Of a stretch of DNA of 64,000 nt, positions 13,638 to 28,126 are shown one piece after another (the stretch's first letter is position 1; every line of letters begins with the position of its first letter). The DNA lies in NCBI GenBank assembly GCA_012295275.1, contig CM022673.1, positions 20,336,001 through 20,400,000 of the forward strand, written 5' to 3'. The translations under genes were made by a program, and so were the position numbers. The stretch is from Chrysomallon squamiferum (lineage: Eukaryota; Animalia; Mollusca). The notes under the pieces were generated by a model. The model had not been told where the DNA came from. It searched no databases and saw nothing but the letters and a program-made list of their open reading frames with translations.

Positions 13638-15974
13638 TAGTAGTAGGAGTAGTAGTAGTAATAATAACTCGAATTACATCTTTCTATACACAACAAAATA
13701 AAACAAATAATGATAATAATAAGAACAAGAACAAGAAGAAGAATGAAAAAAATTAGAAAAAAGTTTGAATAAGAGAAGCGGTGTCTAAGTATAAACACCA
13801 TTGATGAACGAGAAGTTTGTAAAAATATTAATGTAAACTTCGTTCAGTTATCTTATAAGATAGTCGATGGAGGATTGAATCGTCTACAGAATAACTCATT
13901 ATGTGAAATGACAAAATTGAAATTAATTGGTTTCGTCAAGTACTGATGCCGATGTAATTCTGGAAGTTGCAAAAAAATATTTTTACGCTTTAGACACTGT
14001 TAATTTCTACATTGGTCAAATTATAGTGTTGTAATTTAAAATGACTGAAATAGATATTCCTTATTAAAATTATATTGATGAGTTGACGTTGTTCTCGTTT
14101 ATTTTTATTTTATTTTATTTTATTTTATTTTTTTTTTTTGTCTCTTTTTTTTGAAATTGTTGTTATTATTTTTAAACTGTTTAATATGGAGAATCTTCTC
14201 GTTAAAGTTACTTCTGACAAGGGTCAACGAAGATTCAAGTTAGTTTATAGTTAAAGTTCTTTTTTTCATTAATGATTTTATTTCTTAAATTATCAACTTA
14301 CTTGGTAGTTGTTTGAGAATGAAACGTTTATTTTAAAACTTTGTCATTAGATTTTAAAATAAACACGCTCACTGGTCTTTGAGATCAGATCATTGTCACG
14401 TGATCTAGAGACGTAAATCTTTAAATACTTAACATGAATTTGGTCACGAGTTATGAAAGAGCAGGCTTTATTGTTTTACAAGTCTATATTATTTATTAGT
14501 ATGGTGAGGTTTAAAAATAAATGATCAAACTAAAAGATTTTATGCTCAGCTGCGAGTGTGATTTTATCATTATTATTTTTTTTCAAGTTGTTTATATTAT
14601 ATGTGTGTATAATTGTCTCGTATTATAAACAATATATTATTGTTTATTACATGGAGTTGGTACCTTCCATCCCGCTACCCCCATATTCTTTCTGTCTCTT
14701 TTTCACCCTGCATGCAAACCAGTTTCAAGAAGCCTGTTTTTGCAAATTTGTAAACGTCGTAACGTGCTAGCCACACCCAAATAAATGGTTGACCTGAACT
14801 GTGACCTCAAAGATATTAAGACAATGTGTGGGTCCTAATAGTTCTTTATGAAAACTGGAAACGAAATATCTGCACGTGGCGTCACATGAATAGCAGTATT
14901 GAACGATCGCCGTCTGAGTTAGATACAGGTGCCCAGTCTTTTTGTCAGTCGTCAGTGTCCATAGTCAGCGATCAGGTGTGGATGATTATGTGTGGATGAT
15001 TATTTATTTATTCATTTATTTTAATTTTTGTTTTCAAAATTTTCTTGTGATTGTTATTATGCGTAAAATTATAATCGCTGTTGTTGCTGGTGGTGTTTTT
15101 GTCGTTGTTGTTGTTGTTCTTCTTCTTCTTCTTCTTCTTCTTATTATTATTATTTTTTTTTTTTGTAGTTGTTATTGTGTGTAAATATTCTCCTTATTGT
15201 TAACTGTTTATTGCTGACAATATACGCCTACAAAACAGACTTATAGGTCAAAGGAGATGTTAGGGATCCGTAGATGCTCCTGAAATTGTTTTAACAACAC
15301 AACGAGAATAAAACCAGAAATGAGATATTTGCCGTTCACTTAAATTTATTTTTTTGTAGTTCGAGCAAAGTAGAAGATGAAAAATATAAATATATTAATG
15401 TTAATATGAATGGTTTTAAAATAAAATTTATCAGAGTTTATTTTCTGTATATTTGCAGAGTCGTGTTTTATATGGATAAATTAATACTAAAATCATCGTA
15501 GCTGCAAAATTTCTATCTCTTGGGTATTAAAGCTTCGAATTTCTCATTACTTACTTAATTACTTACTCAATTCTTAAACATGAGAAAATTAAGTAAATTT
15601 AAGTTATTAATTCGATTTATTTATTTATTTATTTATTTTTATTTATTATTTTTATTTTTATTTTATGGACGAATTTTATTACTACTACTACTACTACTAC
15701 TAGTACTGCTACTACTAATAATAATAATGTATATTTTGCTACAGACGTTAACTTGTTATGGACATGTATCTTTGTATGTATGTGTGTTTGTGTGTGTTTG
15801 TGTGGGGGTGTTTGTGTGTGTAACTTTTGACCTTCATTCAGCTTCAAGAAACTCATTTTCATCAATTATATTATTTAATTTATTTCTTTCATTATTATCA
15901 TTGTTATTATTCTTAATATTATAATGACTGCACTTGCTGTTCTTGGTGTTGTTGTAGTTATTCTTCTTCTTCTG

Positions 15975-16042
<68 letters not shown>

Positions 16043-16339
16043 TACTACTACTATTATTATATATATATATATATATATATTTTATTTTTTATTTTTTTTT
16101 TTTTTTTTTTTACGGTACGTAATTCATGTATAGAAATTTAGACAGACCGCATTTTAATCGTGTTCACGAATGAGTTGTAAACAAGGAGAATTTGAAACCT
16201 GTGTACTTACTCGCATTGTAAAAGAATAGAAAAGAAAGAAAGAAAGAAAAAAAGAACAATGTCGTTGTATGGATATTGAAGAAAACAAGTCTAATACTGC
16301 CTAATTTTGTTTTCATTATTGTGGTTGATGTTGTTGTTG

Positions 16340-16380
<41 letters not shown>

Positions 16381-17958
16381 TTTTCTGTGCGTTGTACATG
16401 TATAGGTACTTAGATTGCATGTTACTCTTGTTCGTGGTTGAGTTGTAGTTACACTCGTTAGAGAATACAAAAAATATCGTTATACGGGCACTGAAGATAA
16501 TATATCTAACAGGAGATCAGATTTCAAACTTTAATGTCAAACTACACTTCAGCGTGTTGACGAATGAGCAATTTGTAAAAATAATAATACATACTTTGTT
16601 CAGTTCTTTTAAAACAAAGTAGTCGATGGGGGATTAAAATCTTTCCGGAATAACTGATTATTTGAAAATACAAAATTGAAATTAATTGATTTCGTCAAAT
16701 ATCTATGCTGATGTAATTCAAATATCGATGCTGATGTAATTCCTCATGATAGTTGTGAAATATAAATGAAAAAAGAAAGAAAGAAACCGAACCAAGTTAA
16801 ATTTATCGGTCATTAATAGATTAGATGACACAGATATTATTATTTGTTTGTTTGTTTGTTTATTCGTTACTTTACTTTCAAAATTAAACACGAGAGAACT
16901 GCATTGTAGTCATTTTTATTCACTTTTTATTTAGAAATTAATAAGATGACCTTTTTTTCTTGTAGACTGTATAGTTTAACTGTATACTATTCTAGTATGT
17001 TAAAACATTTTTCCTTGAGCTGATTTTATGTTATGTGCTGTAAAGAATGCACGCTGTTCTTTATTATGAAACAGAATTTTCATAGAGCTTAACTGTTATT
17101 GAGGAAGTTAAGAAGTTATTGTAATTTTTTAGCTGTTCAATACTGTACATCTTTTTAAAATTATTTTTAACTAATGGTCTTGAACGATTCATATTAGTGT
17201 ATTCTTAAATGTCTTGTTTTCATTCAAAAGAGAATAAAGTGTGAGGTTTATGTATTGTACATTGCATTAAGAAGAAAATAACCATTTTTTCTTTTCATTT
17301 TTTTTTTGAATTTTAAAATAGGTCAGTACTTTGAATATAAATTCAGTGTGGCTTGACTGTTTTTGTACGAAAAAAAGAACATTATTATTGTTGTTGTTGT
17401 GTTGTCATTGAGTTATTTCCCTTATATTTTCTCGTTCTGTATGTCTGTTTCTCTCTCCCATTTTGGAGTGTACGTGTCTAGTGTTCTTGTTCTAATTTGT
17501 ATATAGACATATGTATCCAATAAAATTACAAAATACTGCTTACCAAAACACCTGCGTCTGTATAATGAAAGTGACATTGTCGGTATAATGACACACACAC
17601 ACACACACACAAACACACACATACACAGATCAACCTTACTCTTGCAATCCTAAAAAATACAAAAATGAAATGTAATTAACTGTGTTCTTTCTCAACTCAC
17701 CGCACTTGATATTGTTGTCACTATAATCTTTATTTTTTAAATAAAAATTGTTTTAACCAACAGTTAAATATCAAAGAAGGAACTGAGTAATAAGTATATA
17801 TGTGCGTATGTATATATGTATGCATGTATGCATACGTAAGAATGTATGTTTGATGTGTGTATGTATGTACGTATATATGTATATATGTCTGTCTTTCTGT
17901 ATATATATATATGCATGTATGTATGTGTGCGTTTGTGTGTGTATGTATGTGTGTGGGT

Positions 17959-18004
<46 letters not shown>

Positions 18005-18580
18005 CATGTCCATAAAGATTAATTATTTTTTTTTTTTTCTTTTTTCGTTTATGAAAGATAATTTCAGTTAGTAAACAGGACGTTTGATTGAAACAGACAC
18101 ACTCACACACAAACATACATAGATGTATAGATAGATAGATAATAGATGCATACATACATACATAGATAGATAGATAACTAGATAGATATATAGATAGATA
18201 GATTAACTGTATTATCAGAGATATAGAAATAAAGGTTGCTTTTTTTTCACGTCAGTGTAAAGCATTTTTAGTAAATTGTGAAAACTGTTATAGACGTATA
18301 ATAATCTAAAAACGACAACTGGAGTGACAAATCGTTTCTTTTATCTGTCTTGTAGTGTAACATTTTATATTTTTTACTAACAGTCATGCTTTTCTTCTTT
18401 TCTTATTCTGTTTAATACATGCATAGGCACTTAAACATATTGTATCTGAATCGTGTTACACATACTGTTAGAAAAAAAATTATGTCGTTACACGGGTACT
18501 GAAGATAATATTAAAGTTGCCTAGTTTTGTCAGTCAAACATTAGGTCAGATTTCAAAGTTTAATGTCAAAGTACATTACG

Positions 18581-18642
<62 letters not shown>

Positions 18643-19489
18643 TTGTTGTTATTATTATTATTTTATTTTACTGAGTATTAAAACTCTCCGAGTTATTCAC
18701 TGTTTATAGATTAATTGTTAATATGTTTGTGTGGTCCTTTTATTGTCTGTTCTTCTAGTGTGACTGTTTCTTTTTCTAAAATAGAATGCTTGCAGACACT
18801 TTGGCGCAAGTGGACAGAGATACATGCATAAATATAAACAAACATACACACATGAACACGAACTGCAGAAAGCACACGTATAGTAAGGCTTACACTATAA
18901 GACAGACACACAATACACATCTATTTATAATTTATGTATGTATGTATGTACGTATATATGTATTAGTATATGTATATATATCTATACACAAAAACACAAT
19001 AATAAATAAAAATAGAATGAAAAAATAGAATAATGCAAAAATAAAACAAAACAAACAAACAAACAGTTAAATAAATAAATAAGAACAATAACTAAAATAT
19101 AGGAATGTTTGTTTGCGAGGAACTCGTAATTTAAAAAAAAAACATTTTTTAATAATAATAATAACAGTAACAATTATAATAATAATAATAATAACAACAA
19201 CAACAATAATAGTGATAATAATAATAATGAAACTACCTTTGTTATAGAGATAAAATGTGTGACGTGTCGCCTTGCAAAAGATCATTCGATGTAGCCGAGT
19301 GGATGACTGCAGAACGAGCAGACGATATACATTTTTTGTGTGAATTTGTTAGTAGACAAGATTGCAATTTTACTTCCATTTCTACTACACGTAAGCAAAA
19401 TTTGTACTATACTGTTCTGAGTAGTGACTGTTGCTTGCTTATTTATTTCACAGTAAACTTAGTTATTAAGTATCTTTGGTGACCTCGAA

Positions 19490-22400
19490 AGTGAACTGAA
19501 CTGAACTTTACTTACACTCATGCCGCAGTGTACGGCATACGAGGATACATTTATACAAGCTTTAATATAACTGTAACAATTATAACAAGTATGACAAGAT
19601 GGTAGATTTACAATAATGTACATAATAATAAAATAAATACAGTATATCAATACAGAAATCAAAGAATTTGAAAAAATATAGGTTTAGATTACAAAAAAGA
19701 GAAAGTTTTCTAAGGACACCAGCTTTTTCAGAGTTAAATAATTTATAAAACTTATGAATGTTTGGTTTAGATTGAGAGAAAAATGAAAGGTAATGGTTCT
19801 TTTGAGTCTTAAAAAAACATACATGTAAATATATCATGAAACTCATCTCCGATGTCATAGTTATTACACAATCGACATATTCTATTTTCTAACGGTATAT
19901 TTTTCCATCTTCCCTTTTCAATAGGAAGATTATGATTTGAAAGTGTGAACCGTAGAAATGTGTCTCGAATGGGACAGTATTTTTAAATATTTTATAATTT
20001 GAAGCGTTCAACGAATTATCAGTGACAGAGTACCAATATTGTAAATATTGAATGGTTTTAACATAGAAGCACTAGAGATACCATTACACTGTAATAACCA
20101 CGTATATGTACAGCCAATATTATCGATAATAGATTCAACAAGTAATATCCATTTCTGATAAAAAAAGAAGTAATTATTTCAACGTCATTCAATAAAGTCA
20201 AAAAAGTCTGTATTCTAGTAATGATAACTTAGACTGCTTTCCCGTAACCATTCGATACCAGTAAACAATCATTTTTACTTCTGCAGTAGTATATACTGGA
20301 TAAAGACCAAGTTCTCCATTTAATAAGTACAATGGAGAGATTTCCTTACAGCTATTAACAATTTCATAAATTGGGTACATAATTTTTTCAGTAATTACAT
20401 ACTTTAAAATCCCCAAGTTTCGCTACTAGACAGTAGAACTAGTAAAACCATGCAGTCAAATAATTTTAGTTGACGCCGGATGGAAATATTATGGCTCTTC
20501 CTTGTCGAAGAATGAAATACATAGCCTTCTGTCCTTGAGAATATAACATGTTTGTTGCCTTAGTAAATTTATTCGATTTGTGAAAAATAATGAGATAGTT
20601 CTAACTTTCTACATTATCAAGCTTTGATTTTTCTAGATAAAACACTATCTTGTAATATTTGTGTTTGCCATATAGTGCAGAAAGAATCAAAAACATTTAG
20701 AGATTTTTGCCATATCGCGGTAATTATCTGCGAGGAGTACCGTGTCATCAGCATTGAGTAAAACAAAAACAACAACTGACGTGTGTATCAAAGAATCACT
20801 GAACAATTCTTCTGTGTTCATTAATTTTAAATATGTCTTCTATACCACTGAGATACAAAGAGAATAGTGAAGGAGATAAATTTTCACCTTCTCTAATACA
20901 AAAAAGTACGGGAAATAGTCTGGCAATGAGTTATGTGCACTGACATAAGATTTAATATTTTGATACATACAATAAATTACCTGAAAACATTTACCATTTA
21001 TACTATTTTGAATTAATTTTCCTCAAAGTCTGATAATGCACACAGAATCAAAAAAAATTCTGAAATCTATAAACGTACAAAAAAAAAGTTTTTTGTTCCG
21101 TGCTTTCATCAGCATCAGTTCAGTTAATCCATATAATGTAAAGAAATGGTAATTGGTACAGTAATCCTTTCTAAGTCCTGCTTCAACTTCAGATAGAATA
21201 TCCGAAAAGTTCCCATTCTGTTTTGCAGTTATGTTTTCTGAAATCTTTTATTATTACATGCTTGTACTGCCTACTAACCTTTAGAAGTCGTAATCTGTTA
21301 TTCATGGTTTTCCTATTTCAGTAAGTTGTTCTGGCTTCTCTGTATTTTCTCCTGAGTGATCTGCATTGACTACCAAACCACGCCTTAGTTCCGTGCTTGG
21401 GATTAAATCTTCTATTCCATCCAAATGTATTTATCGCGGTTTTCTTATACTGTTCACGTGGTTTTAAGCAGTTCATGTGAATAAGATTCATTAGCTCATC
21501 TAAATCAGAGATAATAGTCGTGATGGTTTCTTTATTTATATTTTCACTGTATATGTCAGCCAGTTCCATTTTCGGAACTTCAATTCAATTTCGTCAATAT
21601 CGTCTACCTGTGTTTGAGGGGGGGGGTCTCTATTTTTGAAACTCTAGTGGAAATAATAATTGCGCTATGAATGCCTGAATATAAAGGTTAAAAAATCAAG
21701 AACTTCAAATTCTGAGATTTTCTCTAATACAGGTACCGAGGCTATAGCATAGCGCACGACAATTTTCCCCTTATTAGTAGTTTTTACCACTATTTTTATC
21801 ATTACCAGCTGTTCCGTATACAGGATATATGTTGCTATTTATGCAAAATTCATTAAGTTTATATCCATGACTATTTGACCTACCAATAACCTGAGTTTTT
21901 CTTTCTAGATAATTTCCTTTGGCTCGTTCATAAAGTTAAATAATTCATCTGAAAATTGTATCAGTTATTTGTTTCAGTTTCACACATTACATAATCTGGG
22001 AGTTTCTGTTTTGTGGCCTTAAAGTCGCCGACAAGGACAATAATATTTTCAGTAAATATGTATTAAGTTCGTCTTGCAACACGTTAAAATAAGGAGAGCC
22101 TACATGCAGTAAATACACAACACCAATAATAATATTAGATGTTTTTCTAGATACAAATGAATCTTTAAACATTTTTGATAAACATGTGCTTTTGTAGTCA
22201 ATATTACTATTGACAGCTGGGAATATGCTGCCCGATTTAGCACATGATTTTCCATTCCTGTTATTTGTATATACTACATAACCTGATATTCCTACCTGAT
22301 CAGTATCATCAACTTTTGTTTCTACTAAACACAAAATATCATACCGATTACAAAAATTAAAAATTCTGGTATAGTCAGTTTAGTTTTCCAACCAGAGAAA

Positions 22401-22610
22401 TTTAAAAACACAATATTTACAGGGCTGATCGTTATCTCTATTTGTGTAAAAATGGAGGTTCGATACTTCAGTTTGGTTGTCGCCAGCGTCAATCCTCCGT
22501 CTGTCCTAGGCGCGCTCTTCCAGCGGTGAGGAGTAATTGGGCGCACTTGATATCAGCCGACTTTCGTTTGCGTTTTTCTTTAAGAACAATCCGCGCAGAA
22601 ACGATCAGGA
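19490..22610 (-). mobile_element. Decayed non-LTR retrotransposon (APE endonuclease + RT + C-terminal Cys/His motif; RTE-X-like clade by inference)
   Basis: Minus-strand fragments in the expected order. Endonuclease: NIVFLNFSG, CLVETK..D, IIIGVVYL. RT: EAGLRKDYCTNYHFFTL, FIDF, REGENLSP.LFSLYL, LLNADDTVLLAD. Then LNGELGLYP and HNLPIEKGRW.NIP.ENRIC.LCN..DIGDEFH. The 3' end has a (GTTCA)n tail at ~19491-19507. Many stops, frameshifts and deletions. Confidence 0.88.
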
Positions 22611-22669
22611 AGTAATACACCAGAGAATTGGGAAAGAAGAGCATTATTTTTGTTTATTTGTTTGTTTGT

Positions 22670-22700
<31 letters not shown>

Positions 22701-25067
22701 TTACATTCTATAGTTAAAGAAACAAATAACTAAACAATTAGTTTTAATTACTAATTAATTAATGAATTGATTTATTAGTTTGAAATATATGTTTGCGTAA
22801 ACAACAACAAATAAAAGAAGCACCAATAAGGAAAGCGGTGTCTAAGTTCAGAGACTGTTGATGAATGAGCAGCTTGTAAAAATATTAATGCAAACTTTGT
22901 TCAGTTTTCTTATAAAGTAGTCGATGGAGGAATAAAATATCTAAAGAATAATTGATTATTTGAAAATACCAAACTGAAATTAACTGACATCGTCAAACAT
23001 TGATGCTGATACCACTCGGCCTATACGGGAAGTTAAAAAAAGTGAAAAATAATTATGTTAAGTTATAGGTTAAAAATATTTTGAATTTTTAGTCAACGTT
23101 AATAAACAGTTTAATATGGAGTATCTTCTCTTTGAAATCATTTCTTGCAAGATTCAAGTTATTTTATTGTTAAATTTCTTGTTTTCTTTATATCAAATTA
23201 ATTATTAAATTACATTATTGCGACGAGCAAAGAAATTAAACTAAAGATAAAAGGTACCATACCAACTGATTTGGTAAATGTTTGAGAATGAAAACTTTAT
23301 TATTACTACTCAATTTTCTCTGTTATTAGATTTTAAAAATAAACAAGCTCACTGTTCAAGGTCATATAACTTTAACATCAGATCATCGTCACCTGATCTG
23401 GGCGTGCACCTCGTTGAAGTACTCAACATCAGTTTTGTGACGTACAGACGAATTTGCAAAGAACACACTTTATTGTTAGGCAAATATTTATTATTTTCAT
23501 TATAGAAAATAAAAGAATAAATGTTTTAATGGACAGTTTTTAATTTCACTGCGATTGTGATTGTTCCATATTTATTTATTTTATTTTTAAATAGTTTATT
23601 ATGTGTGTATATCACGCTATTCTTTATTATAAAACAGATATCAATACTGAATACAGAACATCTGTGGGACCTAACTGTTATTGAGGGAAATTAAGAAGTT
23701 AATTAGCTGATTATTAAAGAAAATACATCTATTTTTATTATATTTTTTGGTTTCTTTTTGCCTTATATTTTGTTGTTCCTTCTATTTGCATTCTATATAG
23801 TGACCTCCAGTAAAGATGATAAAATAATACAAGGTTTGTGCATGTCTGATACAAATAATTGTATTACATCAGTCATTAATCACTCACTATATATATTTAT
23901 GTTTAACATGGAGTATCTTCTCAGTAAAATCCTTTTTGATAAAGGGTAATGAAATATTCAAATTAATTATTGTTAAATTTCTTGTTTTCATTAAATGAAA
24001 TTATTTATTAAACTACATGATTGCAATGAATCAACAAATTAAATCAAAGATAAATAATACGATATCAGCTGATTTTGTAAATGAAGAGTCAATTATTAAT
24101 ACTCAGTTTTCTCTGTCGTTACAGTTTAAAATAAACAAGCTAACTGGGCTAGTCACTGTTACTTCAAGGTAAGATCACTGTCATGAGATTTAGGTGCGTT
24201 TAACAGGAACTGTGACAGGTAGACTGGAATTAGGAAAGAAAAGATTTTACTGTTTTATAAATGTTTATTATTTTATTACAGAAAATAAAATTCGGCTAGT
24301 TTTAAAAAATAAAGGTTAATGGAGAGTTTTTCTGCTGAACTGCGAGTGAGATTGTTCTTACTTCTTTTTAAAATAGTTTGTTATGTGTATATATCATTGT
24401 CATTGTGGTATTCGGAAGATGTGAATAATAATAACAACAATAATAATAATTTCTTTCAAAGCACAACTGTCTTGGCTTTGTTGTTTGTGTGGGTTTTTGT
24501 TTTTGTTATTGTATTTTTTTTTTTGGATAATCGTTTAATACGGAATTTTTCTCATTAATATTTTTGGAGAAGTCAATAAACATTCGCGTTGTTAAATATT
24601 CCGACGTCATTGAATAATAATTTATTATTTTATTAAATTACATCCTTATAATAAATTAAATCAACGGCTAAATTCTACGATACAAATAATTTTGTAAATG
24701 TTTGAGAATACAATTTGTATTATTAAAACTCTATGATAACATCAACAAGGTCAGTGTTACTTTGAGGTAGACACGAGCAAGGGAAAACAGTTATTTCTTT
24801 TTAAGTGATTATTATTTTCTTTATAAATAAATAAATAAAATAATAGTAATAATAATAATAAACTTTCTCAAAAAAATAAATAAATGATTCAATGGAGAGT
24901 TTCTGAACTGTAAAAGTTATTGTCTTTAAAATAGTTATAGCTTATTATAAATGTGCATGCATATCATGTTATATTAAGATATTTTTAAAATGATAACGTA
25001 GTCAGATTTTCAGAAGATGTAAACAAAACAAATAAAATAATAATAAAATTTCCGATGTTTTCTAAAA

Positions 25068-25139
<72 letters not shown>

Positions 25140-25672
25140 GTTTACCAATATCTACATCTTGAAATTTGCTGTTGGACACACGCTTATATATTTTGTTTTG
25201 GCGTCCGCATTGCGCAGTTGCCCGCTAAGTATGAATCAGTTGAAAATTCTTTTTACCCAAGCTCATCAGAGATAAACTTTTATTCAAAGGAGCATGGAAT
25301 GTAAATCACAATAAAGAGTAACATTTCCCATTTCCTAAGCACTAATTGTTTTTGTTCTAGTGGAAGTGTGCGATTTCTAATTTTTTCCCTTGAAGAATCA
25401 GTACCTCTCACACACCCAAACAGCGTTTTTTAACTGAACATTTTCTTTCGTTCCACAAAAAGTACCCGATCAAGCATAATTCCCCAAAAGAGCAATTTCT
25501 CCGCTTTCTAAAAAGTCACGGAGTTTCATTCTGACGATAACACAGCGAAAATGTGTTTTTGAATTTGACATCAGTTTGTTTTGAACCTACATTTTAGTTC
25601 ATTCTGTTGAATAATTGCACACGTTTTCGTGAAATAATAATAATTAAATAATAATAATAATAATAATAATAA

Positions 25673-26056
25673 CATGGCCGTAACTAATCTGTTTTTGAAA
25701 TGAGGAGAAAACACTTAATCGTCGAGCGGGGCAAAAACATTTGGGCGAGGGGTGTGGGGGCTGCCTAAGGCACAAAATTAAACGAATTCATTCAGTGGAT
25801 ACCGTTTCTATTGGAATATATATTTATATTCTATATTTTTAAAAATAAAATCTCCAGGGTTTCGTGCGTCAAACAGTAGGTCAGCTTTTAAAGTTGAATG
25901 TCAAACGACACGTCATTATTTGTGTTGTTGTTGTTGTTGTTGTTGTTATTATTATTATTATTAAATAAATAAATAAGTAAATAAATAAATAAAAATAAAA
26001 AGTCAATTTTAGTATGAGGCATTTGCCTCACTTGCCTCAATGTAGTTACGGCCATT
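25673..26056. mobile_element. MITE-like element with 13-bp TIRs (hAT-like ends)
   Basis: ATGGCCGTAACTA at 25674-25686 and its perfect reverse complement at 26043-26055, with subterminal tgaggca/tgcctca motifs. No TSD recognisable. Confidence 0.6.
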
Positions 26057-26791
26057 ATTGGTTAAAAATATTTTCAACGTTTCGTCACCGTTATAAAGTA
26101 GCACGTTAATTTCTATATACTGGCATGGTATAATTATAATCTAATACTGAGCTGAAATTTTTAATCGCTAAAATTGATATTCCTTATTACAATTATATCG
26201 TTGAGTTTGTTCTTTTATTTGCCTTTTAGTTTTTGTTGTTGTGTTTTATTATTGGATTTGTTATTATTATTTTAAAACCGGGGTCATAAAAGATTCATGT
26301 TATTTATCATTAAATTTCTTGTTTTCAGTAAATTAAACTATTTATTAAATTACAATATTGCGATGAATTAAGAAATTAAAACAAAGATAAATAGTACGAT
26401 ATCAACTGATCTGGTAAATGTTTGAGAATGAAAAGTTTATTAATAATACTCGGTGTTTTCTCTCTTTAGATTTTAAAATAAGCAAGCTCACTGGTCAACG
26501 TCACTGAGACATAGTTCAGTCTTGTAGACACGAGTTAGCAAATAACACACTTTATTGTTTGTGTTTTCAAATGTTTATTATTTTTATTTGTGAAAATAAA
26601 ATTTGATCAGTTTTAGAAATAAATGATTTAATGCAGAATTATTGTTTTCAACTGTAAGCGTGGTTGTGATTTTGTTTTTAAAAACAAAGTATATCAGATT
26701 TAAATATCTCAAAAATGATGCCGTAGAATAAACCTTGCATTCCCAAGATGCGAATACTGCTGCTGCGCTACTACTACCACTACTACTACTG

Positions 26792-26862
<71 letters not shown>

Positions 26863-28076
26863 TATGTAACACCAGATACTCCACATCCTATAGTAGCACA
26901 CTTTAATTATGAACACATGCACAAATAAAATATATTAAATACTAGCTAAGTCAGACGTATATGTCCTTTCTAATCAGTCAACCTTCTAATTATTACTTTT
27001 AAGTTGTTTGAGAGTGTGTGGCTTATGTGCTGTATAGTTTATTATAAAGAAAACATTTTCTGATTTCCTTTTTTCTTCTTCTTTTTAATTTTTTTTATAA
27101 AACACGTAGCAATACTGTGAACATAAATTCAATGGGGCTTGAAGCAAAGAAAGAAATTATTATTATTAGTAGTAGTAGCACTGTTATTTTTTTCTTACAT
27201 TTCCTCCTCCTGTGTGTATGTGTGTGTGTTGTTATACACATTTGTTCTATATTTTGAAAAGCTTTTATACAGTAGAATTGAGCAGAAGGGACATATTACA
27301 ATTTGTTATTATTGTTTTAATATGTTTGTGATTTCTTGTTTTTACTTTATTATATTTTAAAAGACATAAACACATGTTGACAGACAGTTTATTTGGTAGA
27401 AGATATGTATTTATTTATTTATTTATTATTATTATTGCAGAATTGTTTTAATAAGAACAAAGATACTCACAAAAAATTTAATGTGTAAAGAAGAATATTT
27501 GATTTCCAGTGTAATAAAATATCTGAAAAACCAAAAAATAAATACATCGAATTTGATTTTCTGTTTCAGCAGTCATTTTGAAAAAAGTCGCATATATAAA
27601 TATTACAATTCAGAATGTAAATGACTTAGACATTTTATTCCCGGAATATTTATGATTCAACGACGCGATATTACACAAAATAAAGGTTCTACCTCCTGGG
27701 ATGATTCCAGTATGTAGCAAAAAGCAGCCATCTGTCCCATTATGTGATGACCTCACAACTCCAGCTGCGAAGAGCTACAGTCGTCAAATGTTTCATAACA
27801 TTTTATTGTCAAACCTTGTTATGTGTAATGACAGGTTGCGGTAAACAAAGAAATAATGGCTTGGATGTATACACAATCTGACTAGACAATGTCTGTTCTT
27901 CTTGACACAGGTTCACTTTAAAGTGAAAGAAACTCTGGTGTATATTGACAAACCAAAAAGTAAATGTATTGTTATATTCACTGCTAAAATTATATACCTA
28001 TCAAATACTTTATCTGAAACTGGCGTATAATTTAACTGAAGAATAAATAAATACATAGATAATAGATAGATAGATG

Positions 28077-28126
<50 letters not shown>

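Larger units (their letters stand above)
11690..26700. repeat. Degenerate local multi-copy segmental repeat array, interrupted by a LINE and microsatellites
   Basis: Shared blocks recur in the same orientation: ggtcagattt..aatgtcaaa at ~11856, 13474, 16515, 18544 and 25879; tagtcgatgg..gga at ~13861, 16620 and 22918; atggag.atcttctc at ~14186, 23116 and 23907; tgtttgagaat at ~14310, 23279, 24699 and 26419. A ~340-bp block occurs at both 12346-12695 and 14664-14995. Confidence 0.8.

Noticed and set aside
11875-19285. Many ORFs rich in poly-L/I/T/N or alternating CV/HT/YI
   Set aside because: Translations of (ATT)n, (AGT)n, (GT)n and (ATGT)n microsatellites; no domain signal.
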